From Candidatus Omnitrophota bacterium (GTDB taxonomy: Bacteria; Omnitrophota; Gorgyraeia; Duberdicusellales; 4484-171), in assembly GCA_016935525.1 (NCBI GenBank), contig JAFGQU010000004.1, forward strand, positions 1,314 through 65,313: 64,000 bases of DNA, given 5' to 3'. The first letter of the stretch is position 1. Every line of letters starts with the position of its first letter. The translations under genes were made by a program, and so were the position numbers. The notes beneath the pieces are model-generated. The model was not told the DNA's origin, did no database searches, and saw only the letters and a list, made by a program, of their open reading frames with translations. Shown piece after piece: positions 1-10,766 of this stretch.

Positions 1-353
1 TTGGCATAGATAATAGGGCAATCAGGCGTCTTGATATCAACAATAAAGATCCCATCCGAGGTTGATTCTACAGCTTGGGTAAGAATATGTATTTGTCCTT
101 CGGCGAGTTTCTGATGCTCTCCCTCCAACTTTAGCTGTTCATCTCTTAATTTCAGTTTACCATTGCGGTACTGGACCTCTTTTTTCAGACCATTACGGGT
201 TTCCCTTAGACGATTAACTGTTTTTTTTAATCGAGCACGTTCCTCATTACGGGATTCATGTTTCTTGGGTTTACCTATTTTTGATTTAACAATCTTCTTG
301 GAAGTCGGGCGGTTTCGTTTACCATGGATGATTTTATGTTTACTTCGTTTCAT
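1..353 (-). CDS. PAS (LOV-like) domain sensor protein, 5' part only (runs off the window)
   Basis: Hand translation of the minus strand from ATG 353: MKRSKHKII...basic/coiled-coil...ILTQAVESTSDGIFIVDIKTPDCPIIYAN, a typical PAS/LOV N-terminus. Not in the ORF track because it is truncated. Confidence 0.75.
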   Translation of the reverse strand, partial: MKRSKHKIIHGKRNRPTSKKIVKSKIGKPKKHESRNEERARLKKTVNRLRETRNGLKKEVQYRNGKLKLRDEQLKLEGEHQKLAEGQIHILTQAVESTSDGIFIVDIKTPDCPIIYA

Positions 354-885
354 TATAATGCTTTATATCTTCTGGTATCGGGGCTTCTTACGGTTTTTTC
401 CTAATTATATCGCTCTGTTCCGACATGTCAATATTACTTTAAAGGGGGAAAAATCCGGCTTCCGCCAGACTTGTGCGCCCTCTGGCGTAGGCGGATAAAC
501 TCCGTGTCCCGTGGAAATCCGCTCGCTCCGTTGCTGGAAGCTCACGGAAGCACTGAGACGAAATTACAGGTAGGTGAGGGTAGCCGATGAGGACGCAGGG
601 ATGCCGCGCCTTCCATCTATGCAGGCAAGGCAGACCGACGCCGCAAGTCAGATTGTATCAAGGGGCTTTCCTTGCTGATATCCACGGGCGACGCCAGAGG
701 TGGAAAATAGTGAATCGGCGGATATTATCTTAAAGAAGAAAAACAATGTTCTAATATATATTTTCATAATCGTAACGCGTATTAAGCTTAAACCCTCACC
801 GCTACCTGCCCGCCCTTCCTGAGTACAATCAGGAAGCAAGCGGTCCGCTATTCGCTAAACGCTCCCTTTAGTGTATAATACGTCC

Positions 886-1875
886 ATGAAAGAAAATACG
901 TTTACACCCCAGGAGATCATGTTTTCGCCGACCACTCAGTGCAATCTCCATTGCGCGCATTGTGATACTGAACAAACCGGGAAGGTTCTTCCCAAAAAGG
1001 CCGCCCTTAAATTCCTGGACGCATGCAATAGATCCGGGATTAAACGGGTAGGGTTTACCGGTGGTGAACCGTTTTACGCGCTCGACTTTCTCTGTCTTAT
1101 CTCGAAAGAAGCGGTCCGGAGGGAAATGTTTTTTGATCATATAATAACCAACGCCAGTTGGTTTAAGACCGAAAAAGAATTACGTTCGGCACTGAACCGG
1201 CTGTTTAAATCCGGATACGACGGGAAATTTTTTGTAAGCGTTGACGCGTTCCACCGTCAGGATTTACGAAAAGTCGCCTCGTTCATAAAAACCGCAAGCC
1301 GGATCTGGACGCGGCCAGATATCGTTTCGATTGCCAGCGTAAAAGGGACAAGAGAAAACGAAACCAGAAAAAAACTTAAAAAACTTGCCGTCATCCTTAA
1401 CGCCCGGTTTACCGGGCTGACGTCTCAAGCCCCCCGTATAAAGAACCAAAACCTTATCATCAATATCTTTTCGTTTAATCTTAGTCCGGTAGGCAGGGCG
1501 GCCGGATTAAAAGATCCCTGGGACGGAAAATGGTTTAAAGACGATTTCTGTAAAGGTCCCGGCCATATTTTTTTCGTACTTTCCGACCAAACCGTAAAAC
1601 CGTGCTGCGGATACGCGCATAAAGCGGATATTCTTACTCTCGGTTCGATACGCCGGGATAGCCCGCGGCAACTTTTATTACACGCGCGGAAAAACCGGTT
1701 TATCTCTACTGTGTTCGAATCCGGACTGCACGTGATCAGAAAACAACTCGAATCGTCCGGCGTACGGTTCCCGGGTAAAACCACAAACCATTGTTTCTTC
1801 TGTTATTACCTTACGCACCATATATCACGGCTGACCCTCAACCGTTGTCTTAACGCGCTCCGTAAAAAGCCTTAA
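886..1875 (+). CDS. Radical SAM protein with C-terminal SPASM/twitch-like Cys cluster
   Basis: CNLHCAHC, GGEP, C-terminal DDFC..PCCG..NHCFFC. ATG 886 chosen over the track's 871. Confidence 0.85.
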   Translation: MKENTFTPQEIMFSPTTQCNLHCAHCDTEQTGKVLPKKAALKFLDACNRSGIKRVGFTGGEPFYALDFLCLISKEAVRREMFFDHIITNASWFKTEKELRSALNRLFKSGYDGKFFVSVDAFHRQDLRKVASFIKTASRIWTRPDIVSIASVKGTRENETRKKLKKLAVILNARFTGLTSQAPRIKNQNLIINIFSFNLSPVGRAAGLKDPWDGKWFKDDFCKGPGHIFFVLSDQTVKPCCGYAHKADILTLGSIRRDSPRQLLLHARKNRFISTVFESGLHVIRKQLESSGVRFPGKTTNHCFFCYYLTHHISRLTLNRCLNALRKKP

Positions 1876-1934
1876 ATACTTCAAAAAATAGAGAAGTTAT
1901 TCAATAAAAAGGAGAGAGTTAACCTTTGCTCTAC

Positions 1935-4205
1935 TCAACCGGACAACTTCACCGTACGTAATCGAAGAGCGTTACCGATCACCGAAACCGAACTGAAACT
2001 CATCGCGGCACCGGCAATCATCGGATTCAACAATAATCCTAAAAAAGGATAGAGTATACCGGCCGCGACCGGGATACCCAGCGCGTTATAGATAAACGCA
2101 AAAAACAGGTTCTGACGGATATTACGCATCACCGCCCGGCTTAAAGTTAACGCGTTCACGATACCGGTTAAATCGCCTTTTACCAAAGTAATCCCGGCGC
2201 TTTCGATAGCGACATCCGTTCCGGTCCCCATCGCCACGCCGACTTCAGCTTCGGCTAACGCCGGCGCGTCGTTGATCCCGTCGCCGGCGGCCATAACGAA
2301 CGCGCCTTCTCGTTTCAACTTTTTCACGATATCCTGTTTATCTTTCGGTTCAAGACCCGCATAGACTTCAGTGATACCTAATTCTTCAGCGATCGCCCGG
2401 GCAGTTTTTTGATTATCACCGGTCACCATGACGATCTTGAGTCCCATCTTATGTAACGCATCAATCGCACCCGGTGTCGTTTCTTTTATAGGGTCAGCGA
2501 CACTAAGTATCCCGGCTATCCGCTCTGCGACCGCGACCCAGATAACCGTTTCGGCTTTCTCCTGAAGCTGGACGGCTTTCTTTTTCAGTTCTTCGGGCAG
2601 ACCTATTCCGGAGCTTTCAATGAATTTTTGTTTCCCCAGAAAGACAGCCTTGCCGTTCAGCGCACCTTTCACTCCACCGCCGGTTACGGACTGAAAATCA
2701 TCAATCGGGTCTAATTCGGCCCCTTTCTCTTTCGCATGTGCAACAACGGCGCGCGCGAGGGGATGTTCACTGCTTTGTTCAAGAGAAGCCGCAACATTCA
2801 ACAATGCCGGTTCAATCCACCCGTCGGCGGTAATCACCGTCTTTACGTGCGGTTTCCCGGCAGTCAACGTGCCGGTCTTATCGGTAAGGAGATGGGTAAC
2901 TTTTTCGCACTTCTCGATCGCTTCGGCATTTTTGATCAATATTCCCGATTGCGCGCCGCGGCCGACACCGACCATGACCGATATCGGTGTTGCCAATCCT
3001 AACGCGCAGGGACAGGCAATGATCAGGACCGAAATCGCGCTGACCAACGCGTACGCTAAAGCCGGCCGGGGACCAAATACAAACCATACGATAAAGGCGA
3101 CAACAGCACAGGCCAGTACCGCGGGAACAAAATAACCGGAAACCTTATCGGCAAGGGTTTGAATCGGAGCGCGGCTGCGTTGCGCCTGGGCTACCATATC
3201 CACGATCTGGGAAAGTAATGTTTCCGACCCGACCTTTTCGGTACGCATGACGAACGTGCCGGTCTGGTTCACGGTCGCGCCGATGACCCGGTCACCTTCC
3301 TTTTTAGTCACCGGAAGAGGTTCGCCGGAGATCATCGATTCATCGACCGTGCTTTTTCCTTCAATAATGATACCATCTAAAGGAACTTTTTCGCCGGGAC
3401 GTACCCGCAACATATCGCCTTTTTGTACCTCTTCGATAGCGACCTCTTCTTCTTTACCGTCACTAATACGATGCGCACCTTTGGCGGCAAGGCCGAGTAA
3501 CGCTTTGATCGCTTGTCCCGTCCGCGTACGGGCCCGCGCCTCCAGAAGCTGGCCGAGAAGTACCAATACGGTAATAACTGTCGCAGCTTCAAAATAGAGG
3601 CCGATCTCGCCGGCCTGCTTCAATGACGCAGGGAAAATACCGGGAAACAATACCGCCAGAGCGCTGAACCCGTATGCCGCGCCCACACCCATCGCGATCA
3701 AAGTGAACATATTCGGGCTTTTATGTAAGATCGAACGCCAAGCTTTTACAAAAAAAATGCTGCCGGACCAGAACACGACCGGAGTCGCCAGAATAAACTG
3801 GACCCAACGGGAAAATCCGGAAGGGATAACTGTTCGTAGATCAAAGCCCGGGATCATCTCGCCCAGAGCAAGGATGAAAACAGGTAATGTTAAGGTCAGT
3901 CCGATCCAGAATCTATGAAATAATGACCGTGTTTCCCGGTTATCGTTTTCGTCTGCGCCGGCGACGTTTTTTAGTTCAAGATGCATACCGCATTTCGGAC
4001 AATCGCCGGGAGTATCCTGTTCGATCTCAGGATGCATCGGACAGGTATAAATACCGGTATCGACCCTATCGCCGGACGGACGGCTCTTATGTAAGAACTT
4101 GTCCTGACATTTTTGACTGCAGAAAAAATAGGTTTTACCGTCTTTTTCTGATCTCAACGAATTCTGCTCATTTACCGCCATACCACAAATAGGGTCTTTA
4201 GTCAT
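1935..4205 (-). CDS. copA: Cu(I)-translocating P1B-type ATPase with YHS and heavy-metal-binding N-terminal domains
   Basis: [60 protein letters not shown]. Confidence 0.95.
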   Translation of the reverse strand: MTKDPICGMAVNEQNSLRSEKDGKTYFFCSQKCQDKFLHKSRPSGDRVDTGIYTCPMHPEIEQDTPGDCPKCGMHLELKNVAGADENDNRETRSLFHRFWIGLTLTLPVFILALGEMIPGFDLRTVIPSGFSRWVQFILATPVVFWSGSIFFVKAWRSILHKSPNMFTLIAMGVGAAYGFSALAVLFPGIFPASLKQAGEIGLYFEAATVITVLVLLGQLLEARARTRTGQAIKALLGLAAKGAHRISDGKEEEVAIEEVQKGDMLRVRPGEKVPLDGIIIEGKSTVDESMISGEPLPVTKKEGDRVIGATVNQTGTFVMRTEKVGSETLLSQIVDMVAQAQRSRAPIQTLADKVSGYFVPAVLACAVVAFIVWFVFGPRPALAYALVSAISVLIIACPCALGLATPISVMVGVGRGAQSGILIKNAEAIEKCEKVTHLLTDKTGTLTAGKPHVKTVITADGWIEPALLNVAASLEQSSEHPLARAVVAHAKEKGAELDPIDDFQSVTGGGVKGALNGKAVFLGKQKFIESSGIGLPEELKKKAVQLQEKAETVIWVAVAERIAGILSVADPIKETTPGAIDALHKMGLKIVMVTGDNQKTARAIAEELGITEVYAGLEPKDKQDIVKKLKREGAFVMAAGDGINDAPALAEAEVGVAMGTGTDVAIESAGITLVKGDLTGIVNALTLSRAVMRNIRQNLFFAFIYNALGIPVAAGILYPFLGLLLNPMIAGAAMSFSSVSVIGNALRLRTVKLSG

Positions 4206-4259
4206 ATTTTTCACCACCTATTTTATATTATTTACTGATCGACAAGCAGGATCTCTCGG

Positions 4260-4742
4260 TCACTGGACAATATCCCGAGTGATATCGCCGCTGGGTTTTA
4301 TCTGGCTGACTTCTTTTATCCTGATCTTTAAAATACTCACGGTTTTAAGCGAAATAAGTTCATCCACAAGACTGCGCGTGCTTTTCCTCACTCCCTGGAT
4401 GACTCGTTCGGTAGCTAATCTGACCTGTTTACTGTTCATCTCACCAGAAAGCTGCCGGAACACGTCGCCTTTATCGATCACCTCGGCCCTACCGTACAAT
4501 TGATAGCCGATGACTTTATTCATATCGACCGCCGATAAAGAGATCTTCGGGTTACGTTTTATGTTTTTATAGGTCCGGCCCACGACGAAATCGACCAGAT
4601 AAATATAGTTGTCCTCTATCTTTAACAAGGGTTTGGCGGACGTATGCGGCCGGCCGCGTTTATCGGAAGTACCGATAAACAGAAATACCTGGCGCCGCAA
4701 AAAATCCATGATCTCTTTTGTAAATAATTTTCTGTCTATCAC
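4260..4742 (-). CDS. Pyridoxamine 5'-phosphate oxidase-like FMN-binding protein
   Basis: FIGTSDKRGRPH, RTYKNIKRNPKISL, GYQLYGRA split-barrel pattern; 4-bp overlap with the upstream gene. Confidence 0.75.
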   Translation of the reverse strand: MIDRKLFTKEIMDFLRRQVFLFIGTSDKRGRPHTSAKPLLKIEDNYIYLVDFVVGRTYKNIKRNPKISLSAVDMNKVIGYQLYGRAEVIDKGDVFRQLSGEMNSKQVRLATERVIQGVRKSTRSLVDELISLKTVSILKIRIKEVSQIKPSGDITRDIVQ

Positions 4743-6313
4743 GGCCTATTCTTCCTTACATGGGTTTGCGCTTCTTTCAGTTGATCAAGAAACGTGCTTT
4801 TCTTAAATTTCTGGGTCCACCCTTTCATCACTATCCAGCCTCCGAAACGGGCCAGACTGTTCCGCCACGGCCGGTACCATTGTCTCCATCCTGATTTGAT
4901 GTTATGCAGAAAAAAGATCATCGCGGGGAACGTGAACACGTGGATACCGATCATAAACATGTATTTTAACTGGTAAAACCGGCCCATGATCTTATGCATC
5001 GCGACCTGTAATTCCTGGGCCGAAAGCGGCGCGTCGGGTTCAAATATCGGAAAATTACCGTCATAATATTCCCATCCGATATCGGCAAGCGGATAGACCC
5101 GGTTCTGATGTTGAAGGCGGTCCCGTAATTGAGTACCCGGTAACGGGACCGGTAATAATACCTGTATCGTATCGATCTTCGCTTTTTTGATAAACGTCCT
5201 GTACCGTTTGATCCGTTCGTTAAGAGATATTTTTGGGGCCGACGCCTCTTTGAACGGGTAGCCGAAAATAAACATCCCGTGTACCAGAAACCCGAACCGG
5301 TGATAGACCCGCGCAAGTTCTATCATGTCTTCAGGCCGTAACCGTTTATTCATCGCTTTTAATTCTTCTTCGATCGGCGATTCAAAACCGATGGCTACCG
5401 TATTGATACCGGCGGAACGCATAGCTTTAAGTAATTCAGGATCTTTCGCGTTATCCAACCGTATTTGGACCGTCACATCTAACCGTTTACGTGTACGCAA
5501 CTGATAATCCCGTAACATATGACAAAACCGTATAGTCTCATCCCTGTACTGGCCGAATAAGTCGTCTATAATAAAAAAATGCCGGGCATCATAAGTTTCT
5601 AAAAGGACTTTGATCTGTTCAAGCAACCGTTCCGAAGAAGCGCATCGAGGTTTACCTTTGACGGCACAGAACTCGCAATCCATCCCGCACCCGCGGATTT
5701 TCCCGATCGGATACATTTTGATCCGGGCATACCGGACCAGTGAAAAATCAGGGATCGGTAACGCGTCGAAATCGGTGATCGGCTCGCGCGGGGCGGTGAC
5801 CATGACCTGATGCTCTTTCAAATACGCGATACCCGGGATCTGGCTGATCTCTTTCGTACCGGTAAAACTTTTAAGCAGTTCTTTTATCGTCTCCTCTCCT
5901 TCACCGATCACCACATAATCTATACCCGATTCTAACGCTTCCCGGATATTGTCGCCGGCAAAATGCTGTCCTCCGGCGATAGTAATGACCCCTCTTTCTT
6001 TATAAAACCGCGCTACATCATAAAGCCGGGGGATCGTACTGGTAAGCCCGCCGTAGAACCCGACTACATCCGCGGGACGCTCCTGCTGTAAATACTCGTG
6101 GTTTGCGCCGCGTGAACCTCTTGGCCCATACCCGCGAAGATTGTTTTCGTCAATTACCTCGACATCCCAATTTTCCATCTTGTTGACGGTAGTGGCGATA
6201 CATACCGGGCCGAGCGCGGTCGTCTTATCGGCAATATTCGAATAGATGTTAAACGCCGGATATACGGGATTTATGAGCCTGAATCGGTGTCTTTTTTTTG
6301 TTATATCAAACAT
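4739..6313 (-). CDS. B12-binding domain radical SAM protein
   Basis: N-terminal cobalamin-binding domain (IAGGQHF, GEGEET), RGCGMDCEFC, GFES, PLPGT. The track's extension to 6421 is read through a mini-element. Confidence 0.88.
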   Translation of the reverse strand: MFDITKKRHRFRLINPVYPAFNIYSNIADKTTALGPVCIATTVNKMENWDVEVIDENNLRGYGPRGSRGANHEYLQQERPADVVGFYGGLTSTIPRLYDVARFYKERGVITIAGGQHFAGDNIREALESGIDYVVIGEGEETIKELLKSFTGTKEISQIPGIAYLKEHQVMVTAPREPITDFDALPIPDFSLVRYARIKMYPIGKIRGCGMDCEFCAVKGKPRCASSERLLEQIKVLLETYDARHFFIIDDLFGQYRDETIRFCHMLRDYQLRTRKRLDVTVQIRLDNAKDPELLKAMRSAGINTVAIGFESPIEEELKAMNKRLRPEDMIELARVYHRFGFLVHGMFIFGYPFKEASAPKISLNERIKRYRTFIKKAKIDTIQVLLPVPLPGTQLRDRLQHQNRVYPLADIGWEYYDGNFPIFEPDAPLSAQELQVAMHKIMGRFYQLKYMFMIGIHVFTFPAMIFFLHNIKSGWRQWYRPWRNSLARFGGWIVMKGWTQKFKKSTFLDQLKEAQTHVRKNRP

Positions 6314-6323
6314 AATTATAAAA

Positions 6324-6458
6324 GTGAATCTCCTCGGACTAAAAGCCCGAGGCTTCTTCACGTTCCGCCAAACTCCGTTCGGCGGGACATCCGCCTGAGG
6401 CGGATAATTTCTCGCATTCATTCCCGGTGTGAAGCCCGGGGATTTCTGCGTAGAAATT
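6324..6458 (-). mobile_element. Non-autonomous IS200/IS605-type palindromic mini-element (PATE-like) with an internal REP-like palindrome
   Basis: Minus strand: left-end-like hairpin AAATCCCCGGGCTTCACACCGGGAATGAATGCG; right-end-like GAAGCCTCGGGCTTTTAGTCCGAGGAGATTCAC; internal ATCCGCCTGAGGCGGAT at 6389-6405; no coding capacity. Confidence 0.6.
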
Positions 6459-6503
6459 AAAGAAATTTAGCCCATCCTTATTTTATACTTCTGCCGGAAA
6501 GAT

Positions 6504-7577
6504 TCAAGGGGACAATTGAGAAGGATGAGCAGGAATGATTTCTTTCATGGTATCCATCCAGGAAGGATCGTCATGGCGGACCTTCCGGTAATACCAATAT
6601 TCCACCCCCCAGAGAAAAACGGTGTCGAACCCCACCGACGCCATTTCTTTAAACACCGAAGTATAGCTCTGAAGGGGGCACATCAATTCTTCTTCATCCG
6701 CGTGGACAAGCTTGCCGGGTTCCCAGGGTTCCGCCTGGAGTTCGGTGACCCAGGCCTCTTTCTGCTGTCCGTGCACTTTTTGTACAAGAGAACGTATATA
6801 GAAAACCAGCTGTTCCATCCGTGTCTTAAAACAGAATCTCATACCGCCCCATTTATGCCCTATCACCGGATAGATATTAAAAGCGGGTATATCCGCTATT
6901 CCTACCGTTTCCCGTATCGGGTCGCGCCGGTAGATCAACCGGAAAAGAAGACGTAAGAATGTATTAGAGGTAGCCAGCACATTCACCACGACCGGCCGGT
7001 TTTCAGGATCGAGTCGTCTCACCAGCGCGATCTCTTCTTGAAGGAAATCTCTTCCGATCCGCCAGCCGAAAGGGCCGGAATGATTGAAGGGTTCGTTCTC
7101 TATCTGCCAGGCGTATACCGCTTCATGTTCACGATAACGGCCGACTACTTTACGGATAAACTTCAGCACTGCCGCGCGCACTTCTTCATGTTGAGTTATA
7201 TCGGCGCCGCGGCGCATCCTGATCTTTACTTTCAGCCAGTCCGGCAGATAATACTCGGGCCAACGCGGCGACTTCATCCCTACCGTCAGGAGCACTTTTA
7301 TTTTCTTTTGGGCCGCGATATCCAATTGCCAATCAAGTTCGGAAAAATCGTATTCCCCTTCTTCTCTTTCTATCCGCGACCAGTAGGCACCGAGGCGTAA
7401 GAACTCGAAATCCATGCCGGTGATCTCTTCATACGTCTCTTTCCAATCGATACCGAGATAATCGCATTGCTGCTGACTGAATGTAGTTCCCAGGCGCGGT
7501 TCGGCGGCAGGACATAAACCGATGGCCACACTGTGCAATAGGATAACTGCGGACAAAATGAAGAGTCTCATAGGCAT
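6504..7577 (-). CDS. Secreted clan GH-A glycoside hydrolase (GH42/GH5-like TIM barrel)
   Basis: Signal peptide; LRLGAYWSRIE, WQIENEP (acid/base Glu), VTELQAEPW (nucleophile Glu), LWGVEYW. Confidence 0.8.
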   Translation of the reverse strand: MPMRLFILSAVILLHSVAIGLCPAAEPRLGTTFSQQQCDYLGIDWKETYEEITGMDFEFLRLGAYWSRIEREEGEYDFSELDWQLDIAAQKKIKVLLTVGMKSPRWPEYYLPDWLKVKIRMRRGADITQHEEVRAAVLKFIRKVVGRYREHEAVYAWQIENEPFNHSGPFGWRIGRDFLQEEIALVRRLDPENRPVVVNVLATSNTFLRLLFRLIYRRDPIRETVGIADIPAFNIYPVIGHKWGGMRFCFKTRMEQLVFYIRSLVQKVHGQQKEAWVTELQAEPWEPGKLVHADEEELMCPLQSYTSVFKEMASVGFDTVFLWGVEYWYYRKVRHDDPSWMDTMKEIIPAHPSQLSP

Positions 7578-9221
7578 CTAATTTTTCCGGTATTTTTCCG
7601 TTACCCAGAATTCCATGTATTTACCTAACATCAGGCGGGTTTGCGCGTCCAGGGCGGGAACAGCGCTTAATACGATAACGGCCACCGGAATAAAGAACCA
7701 CTCGAAAACGTGTCGTACCTTTTTGAATATTCCGTATCGCACTCTGCTTTTAGGTAAAAGCAGCGAACTGATGATCATACATATGAATATTCCCATTGAT
7801 CCCAAACTATAAATCGTTCCTTTAATACGGGGAGCGGTATAATAAATCATACTCGAAGAAAACGCCTGGGAAGCGAAAAGGCCGGGCATCCATAATCCAA
7901 AAGATAAGAGAAACGACCAGGTCGCCCAGGAAATAAACCCTTCCAGCATTTTATAGGTATGAGATATTTTCTTACGAAACGGTATAGACCGGGATTTTAA
8001 AAAGGCCCGGATGACGATCGGTAAGTTCTCCACGCCCCAGGCCCAGCGGCGTTTCTGTTTATAAATATTTAAAAACGTCTTTTTCATAGACGGGCCGGTC
8101 GCGATATCCATGGAAACGATCGTATATATCGGAACAGCCTGATAATTCCCGTCATAATGGATGAACGCTTTCCAGAATATCGCCGAATCATCGGAAATCA
8201 TATCTACCGGCCAGCAGCCTACCTCCATCAACGCTTTGAACGTCATACTGTGGCTTGAAAAGGTAACCAGCTTTTGAGGATTGGTCGCTTCGATCAATTG
8301 GAAGAACGAGGTCCCGATATCGATGATCCGGGCAAAAGCCGGCGCTTCCCAGACATTATTGTGATATACGGGAATAGGTTGATAACTTGATTTTAACCGG
8401 TCGGGAGAGATCATAAAATAATACGTCAAACAACCGAAATAACGGGAGTTAGGAACGGTATCGGCATCAAAACAGGAAACCAGAACGTTTTCAAACGGAA
8501 TATTGCGTTTCGTAAGATATCCCGCGGCCCATTTGGCGGCATGAGTGGTATTTGCTCCTTTTACTTTCGCTTCACCCGGCTGACCGGCCGGATGGATGAT
8601 GACTACAAAATCGAGAAACACGCCTTTATATTTTTCTTTTATCCGATACATGTCTTGTTTGACCTCATCGGTCGCGCTTTCTTCCAGAGCGATTATGACC
8701 AAGAACCTTTTGCAAGGGTAATTGCCTTCTTTAATCGCTTTCACCCCCGGTTCTACGATATCGATAGTTTCCCGGATGACCGGGATGATCACCAGATGAT
8801 GGATATCCCGGGACAATGGCGGTAAGTCATCCCTTCGGATAAGCCCCCTCAATTGTCGACAATAGAGGTATGCCGATATCTTATTTTTGAGGCTATTGAT
8901 CTTATCCGGTTCACAAAAATCCGGTGCCCGCGATCGCAATTGATCTATGGCTGATATCCGTTCCATCCAGTCGGTATTTTTTTCGATCTCAAGACGCATG
9001 TAAGAAAGAATAAGAAAAATATTCATGTACACCAGCCTGAGCAGCCAGTAAAGGATAAACGCGATCATAAATACGGCCGCGGCGAGAGGCTGCACTATCG
9101 AAAATACAAATATTCCGATGATAATCGTCCAGCTTAACGCGCCGGGAACGATCTCCAGGAACCGTTCGAGCCTTTTTTCTTTCTCCGAGAGTACATATCG
9201 AGAATATTTGAAATCCATCAC
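7578..9221 (-). CDS. Processive membrane GT2 glycosyltransferase (polysaccharide synthase-like)
   Basis: N- and C-terminal TM helices; KGAN, FDADT (DxD), ISDD, QKRRW (QxxRW). Confidence 0.85.
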   Translation of the reverse strand: MMDFKYSRYVLSEKEKRLERFLEIVPGALSWTIIIGIFVFSIVQPLAAAVFMIAFILYWLLRLVYMNIFLILSYMRLEIEKNTDWMERISAIDQLRSRAPDFCEPDKINSLKNKISAYLYCRQLRGLIRRDDLPPLSRDIHHLVIIPVIRETIDIVEPGVKAIKEGNYPCKRFLVIIALEESATDEVKQDMYRIKEKYKGVFLDFVVIIHPAGQPGEAKVKGANTTHAAKWAAGYLTKRNIPFENVLVSCFDADTVPNSRYFGCLTYYFMISPDRLKSSYQPIPVYHNNVWEAPAFARIIDIGTSFFQLIEATNPQKLVTFSSHSMTFKALMEVGCWPVDMISDDSAIFWKAFIHYDGNYQAVPIYTIVSMDIATGPSMKKTFLNIYKQKRRWAWGVENLPIVIRAFLKSRSIPFRKKISHTYKMLEGFISWATWSFLLSFGLWMPGLFASQAFSSSMIYYTAPRIKGTIYSLGSMGIFICMIISSLLLPKSRVRYGIFKKVRHVFEWFFIPVAVIVLSAVPALDAQTRLMLGKYMEFWVTEKYRKN

Positions 9222-10663
9222 CGATTCTCCTGTCTCTCTTTTTCACCAAACGCGAAAGGTATCATCGTTTCTTTAAGGAGGATCTTCAGTTTCTTTAGAC
9301 CTCCGTTTTGATCCAAATAATATATATATCCGTCCTCATCGGAATAAAAGATATCGGAATTATTCTGAGCTCTGACGATATATTCGAGGTGGTGCTTTTC
9401 GTCCGACATCAATTCCAGTAAAAACAACCGGTCTCTCTCCCGGTAAAGTATATGAGTCCCGTTATGCACCCAAAAACATTGAGCGATGTTCCGGCCGCCG
9501 CTATAGACTAACCGCACCGAAACCGGATACTGGAATAACGATTCGCTGTCATCTTCACCGGTGAAATCGGCGACCCAGATCGTATCGTTCGTCCAATAGA
9601 GAAGACGTTTTCGCTGTTTATTATAATCCACTCCTTTCACCCCTTCCTCAGCGAGGATATGCGGCGGAATCGTTACGATCAAATCTCCTTTATCGCCCCA
9701 AAACAGAAACACATCGTTATCAAGAAACCGTACCCGGTAAGACCGTGATGTATCGAATATTCTTTCTCCGAAATATTTACCTTCAAACAGTACCGTAGAC
9801 AGCTCAAGGTCTACTGTCGTTCGTAAAAAAGAGTTGTTTTTCTCCAAGACATACAGCCATCTTCCCGAAGCGCCGAACCCTTTCATCTCATTGATAAAAC
9901 GGGGAGACAACGACATTTCCCGGAAATTCACGCGGTTCACATACCCGTTATACACCGCGAAACAATCTTCCTCATCCAAAACCCTCCACAGAAATCTATC
10001 GGGTTTCTCGGAGATAAGTTTCGTAATATCTACGGGTTCTTTTTCCCCTTCGGTGAGATCGATCAAATAAAACTTTTTATCCCACAACGACCCGCCGTAC
10101 ACGATGGCACTTTTTCCGCCTCTTAGCAAGTATAGTGAAGATACCGCAAAATCCCGAGTCGGTGCGTATTCATTCGTAAAAGAAACAACTTTCTCTTTTT
10201 TCCGGTCGAAACCATAGAAATCTTTAAGCTGGGCTCCTTTTTTCAGTATAACTCCTCCGCTTTCCGGAAAAAACATCAGGCTTGCGTATTTCGATTCCGA
10301 AGAAAGTTCCTGCGGTTCCCATACCGCGGGAACAAGAAGGATATTATTAAATGCCGATGCTTTGCCTTCTTCAATCGTCACCCGATGCCGCCAGGGACGA
10401 AACCCTTTCAACCGGACCGTTACTTTATATTTTCCGGGAAGCAGTTCGGTAATTGAGGTAGGGGTTTTATATCTAAACCGGCTGTTTTCCAGATATACAT
10501 CGGCTCCGGAAGGGATTGTCGCCAGATGAATCAGGCCGGTATGGGAGATCTCTTTCTTTATAGGGTGGAGAATATATCCGAACGAATAAAAAATGATGAG
10601 AGGGCAAAGTATGCAATATGCCGCTAAGAAAACATAAAAAGTGATTTTTCGCGCGATAAACAT
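9218..10663 (-). CDS. Membrane-anchored PEGA domain protein with beta-rich C-terminal region
   Basis: N-terminal TM; TGLIHLATIPSGADVYL..TP..ITELLPGKYKVTVRLKGF PEGA pattern; 4-bp overlap with GT2. Confidence 0.8.
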   Translation of the reverse strand: MFIARKITFYVFLAAYCILCPLIIFYSFGYILHPIKKEISHTGLIHLATIPSGADVYLENSRFRYKTPTSITELLPGKYKVTVRLKGFRPWRHRVTIEEGKASAFNNILLVPAVWEPQELSSESKYASLMFFPESGGVILKKGAQLKDFYGFDRKKEKVVSFTNEYAPTRDFAVSSLYLLRGGKSAIVYGGSLWDKKFYLIDLTEGEKEPVDITKLISEKPDRFLWRVLDEEDCFAVYNGYVNRVNFREMSLSPRFINEMKGFGASGRWLYVLEKNNSFLRTTVDLELSTVLFEGKYFGERIFDTSRSYRVRFLDNDVFLFWGDKGDLIVTIPPHILAEEGVKGVDYNKQRKRLLYWTNDTIWVADFTGEDDSESLFQYPVSVRLVYSGGRNIAQCFWVHNGTHILYRERDRLFLLELMSDEKHHLEYIVRAQNNSDIFYSDEDGYIYYLDQNGGLKKLKILLKETMIPFAFGEKERQENR

Positions 10664-10740
10664 TTATTCCCGTTCTCCTAAATGACCTCCCGCCCTAAAC
10701 GTTATGCCATTATACCAGAACGGGAAAATTTGATAAGAAA

Positions 10741-10766
10741 AACAGGGGGGCAAATTGCCCCCTGTT
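10741..10766 (-). terminator. Intrinsic terminator after hsp20
   Basis: AACAGGGGGGCAAATTGCCCCCTGTT stem-loop at the hsp20 stop, T-rich tail on the minus strand. Confidence 0.65.

Noticed and set aside
163-498. Plus-strand 111-aa ORF and the many antisense ORFs overlapping recognised genes
   Set aside because: These are shadow frames of well-supported genes, with no recognisable motifs.
6314-6421. N-terminal extensions in the ORF track (also 46225-46431, 41481-41570, 49700-49828, 63450-63599)
   Set aside because: They read through repeats, promoters or neighbouring genes; RBS and domain starts favour the downstream ATGs.
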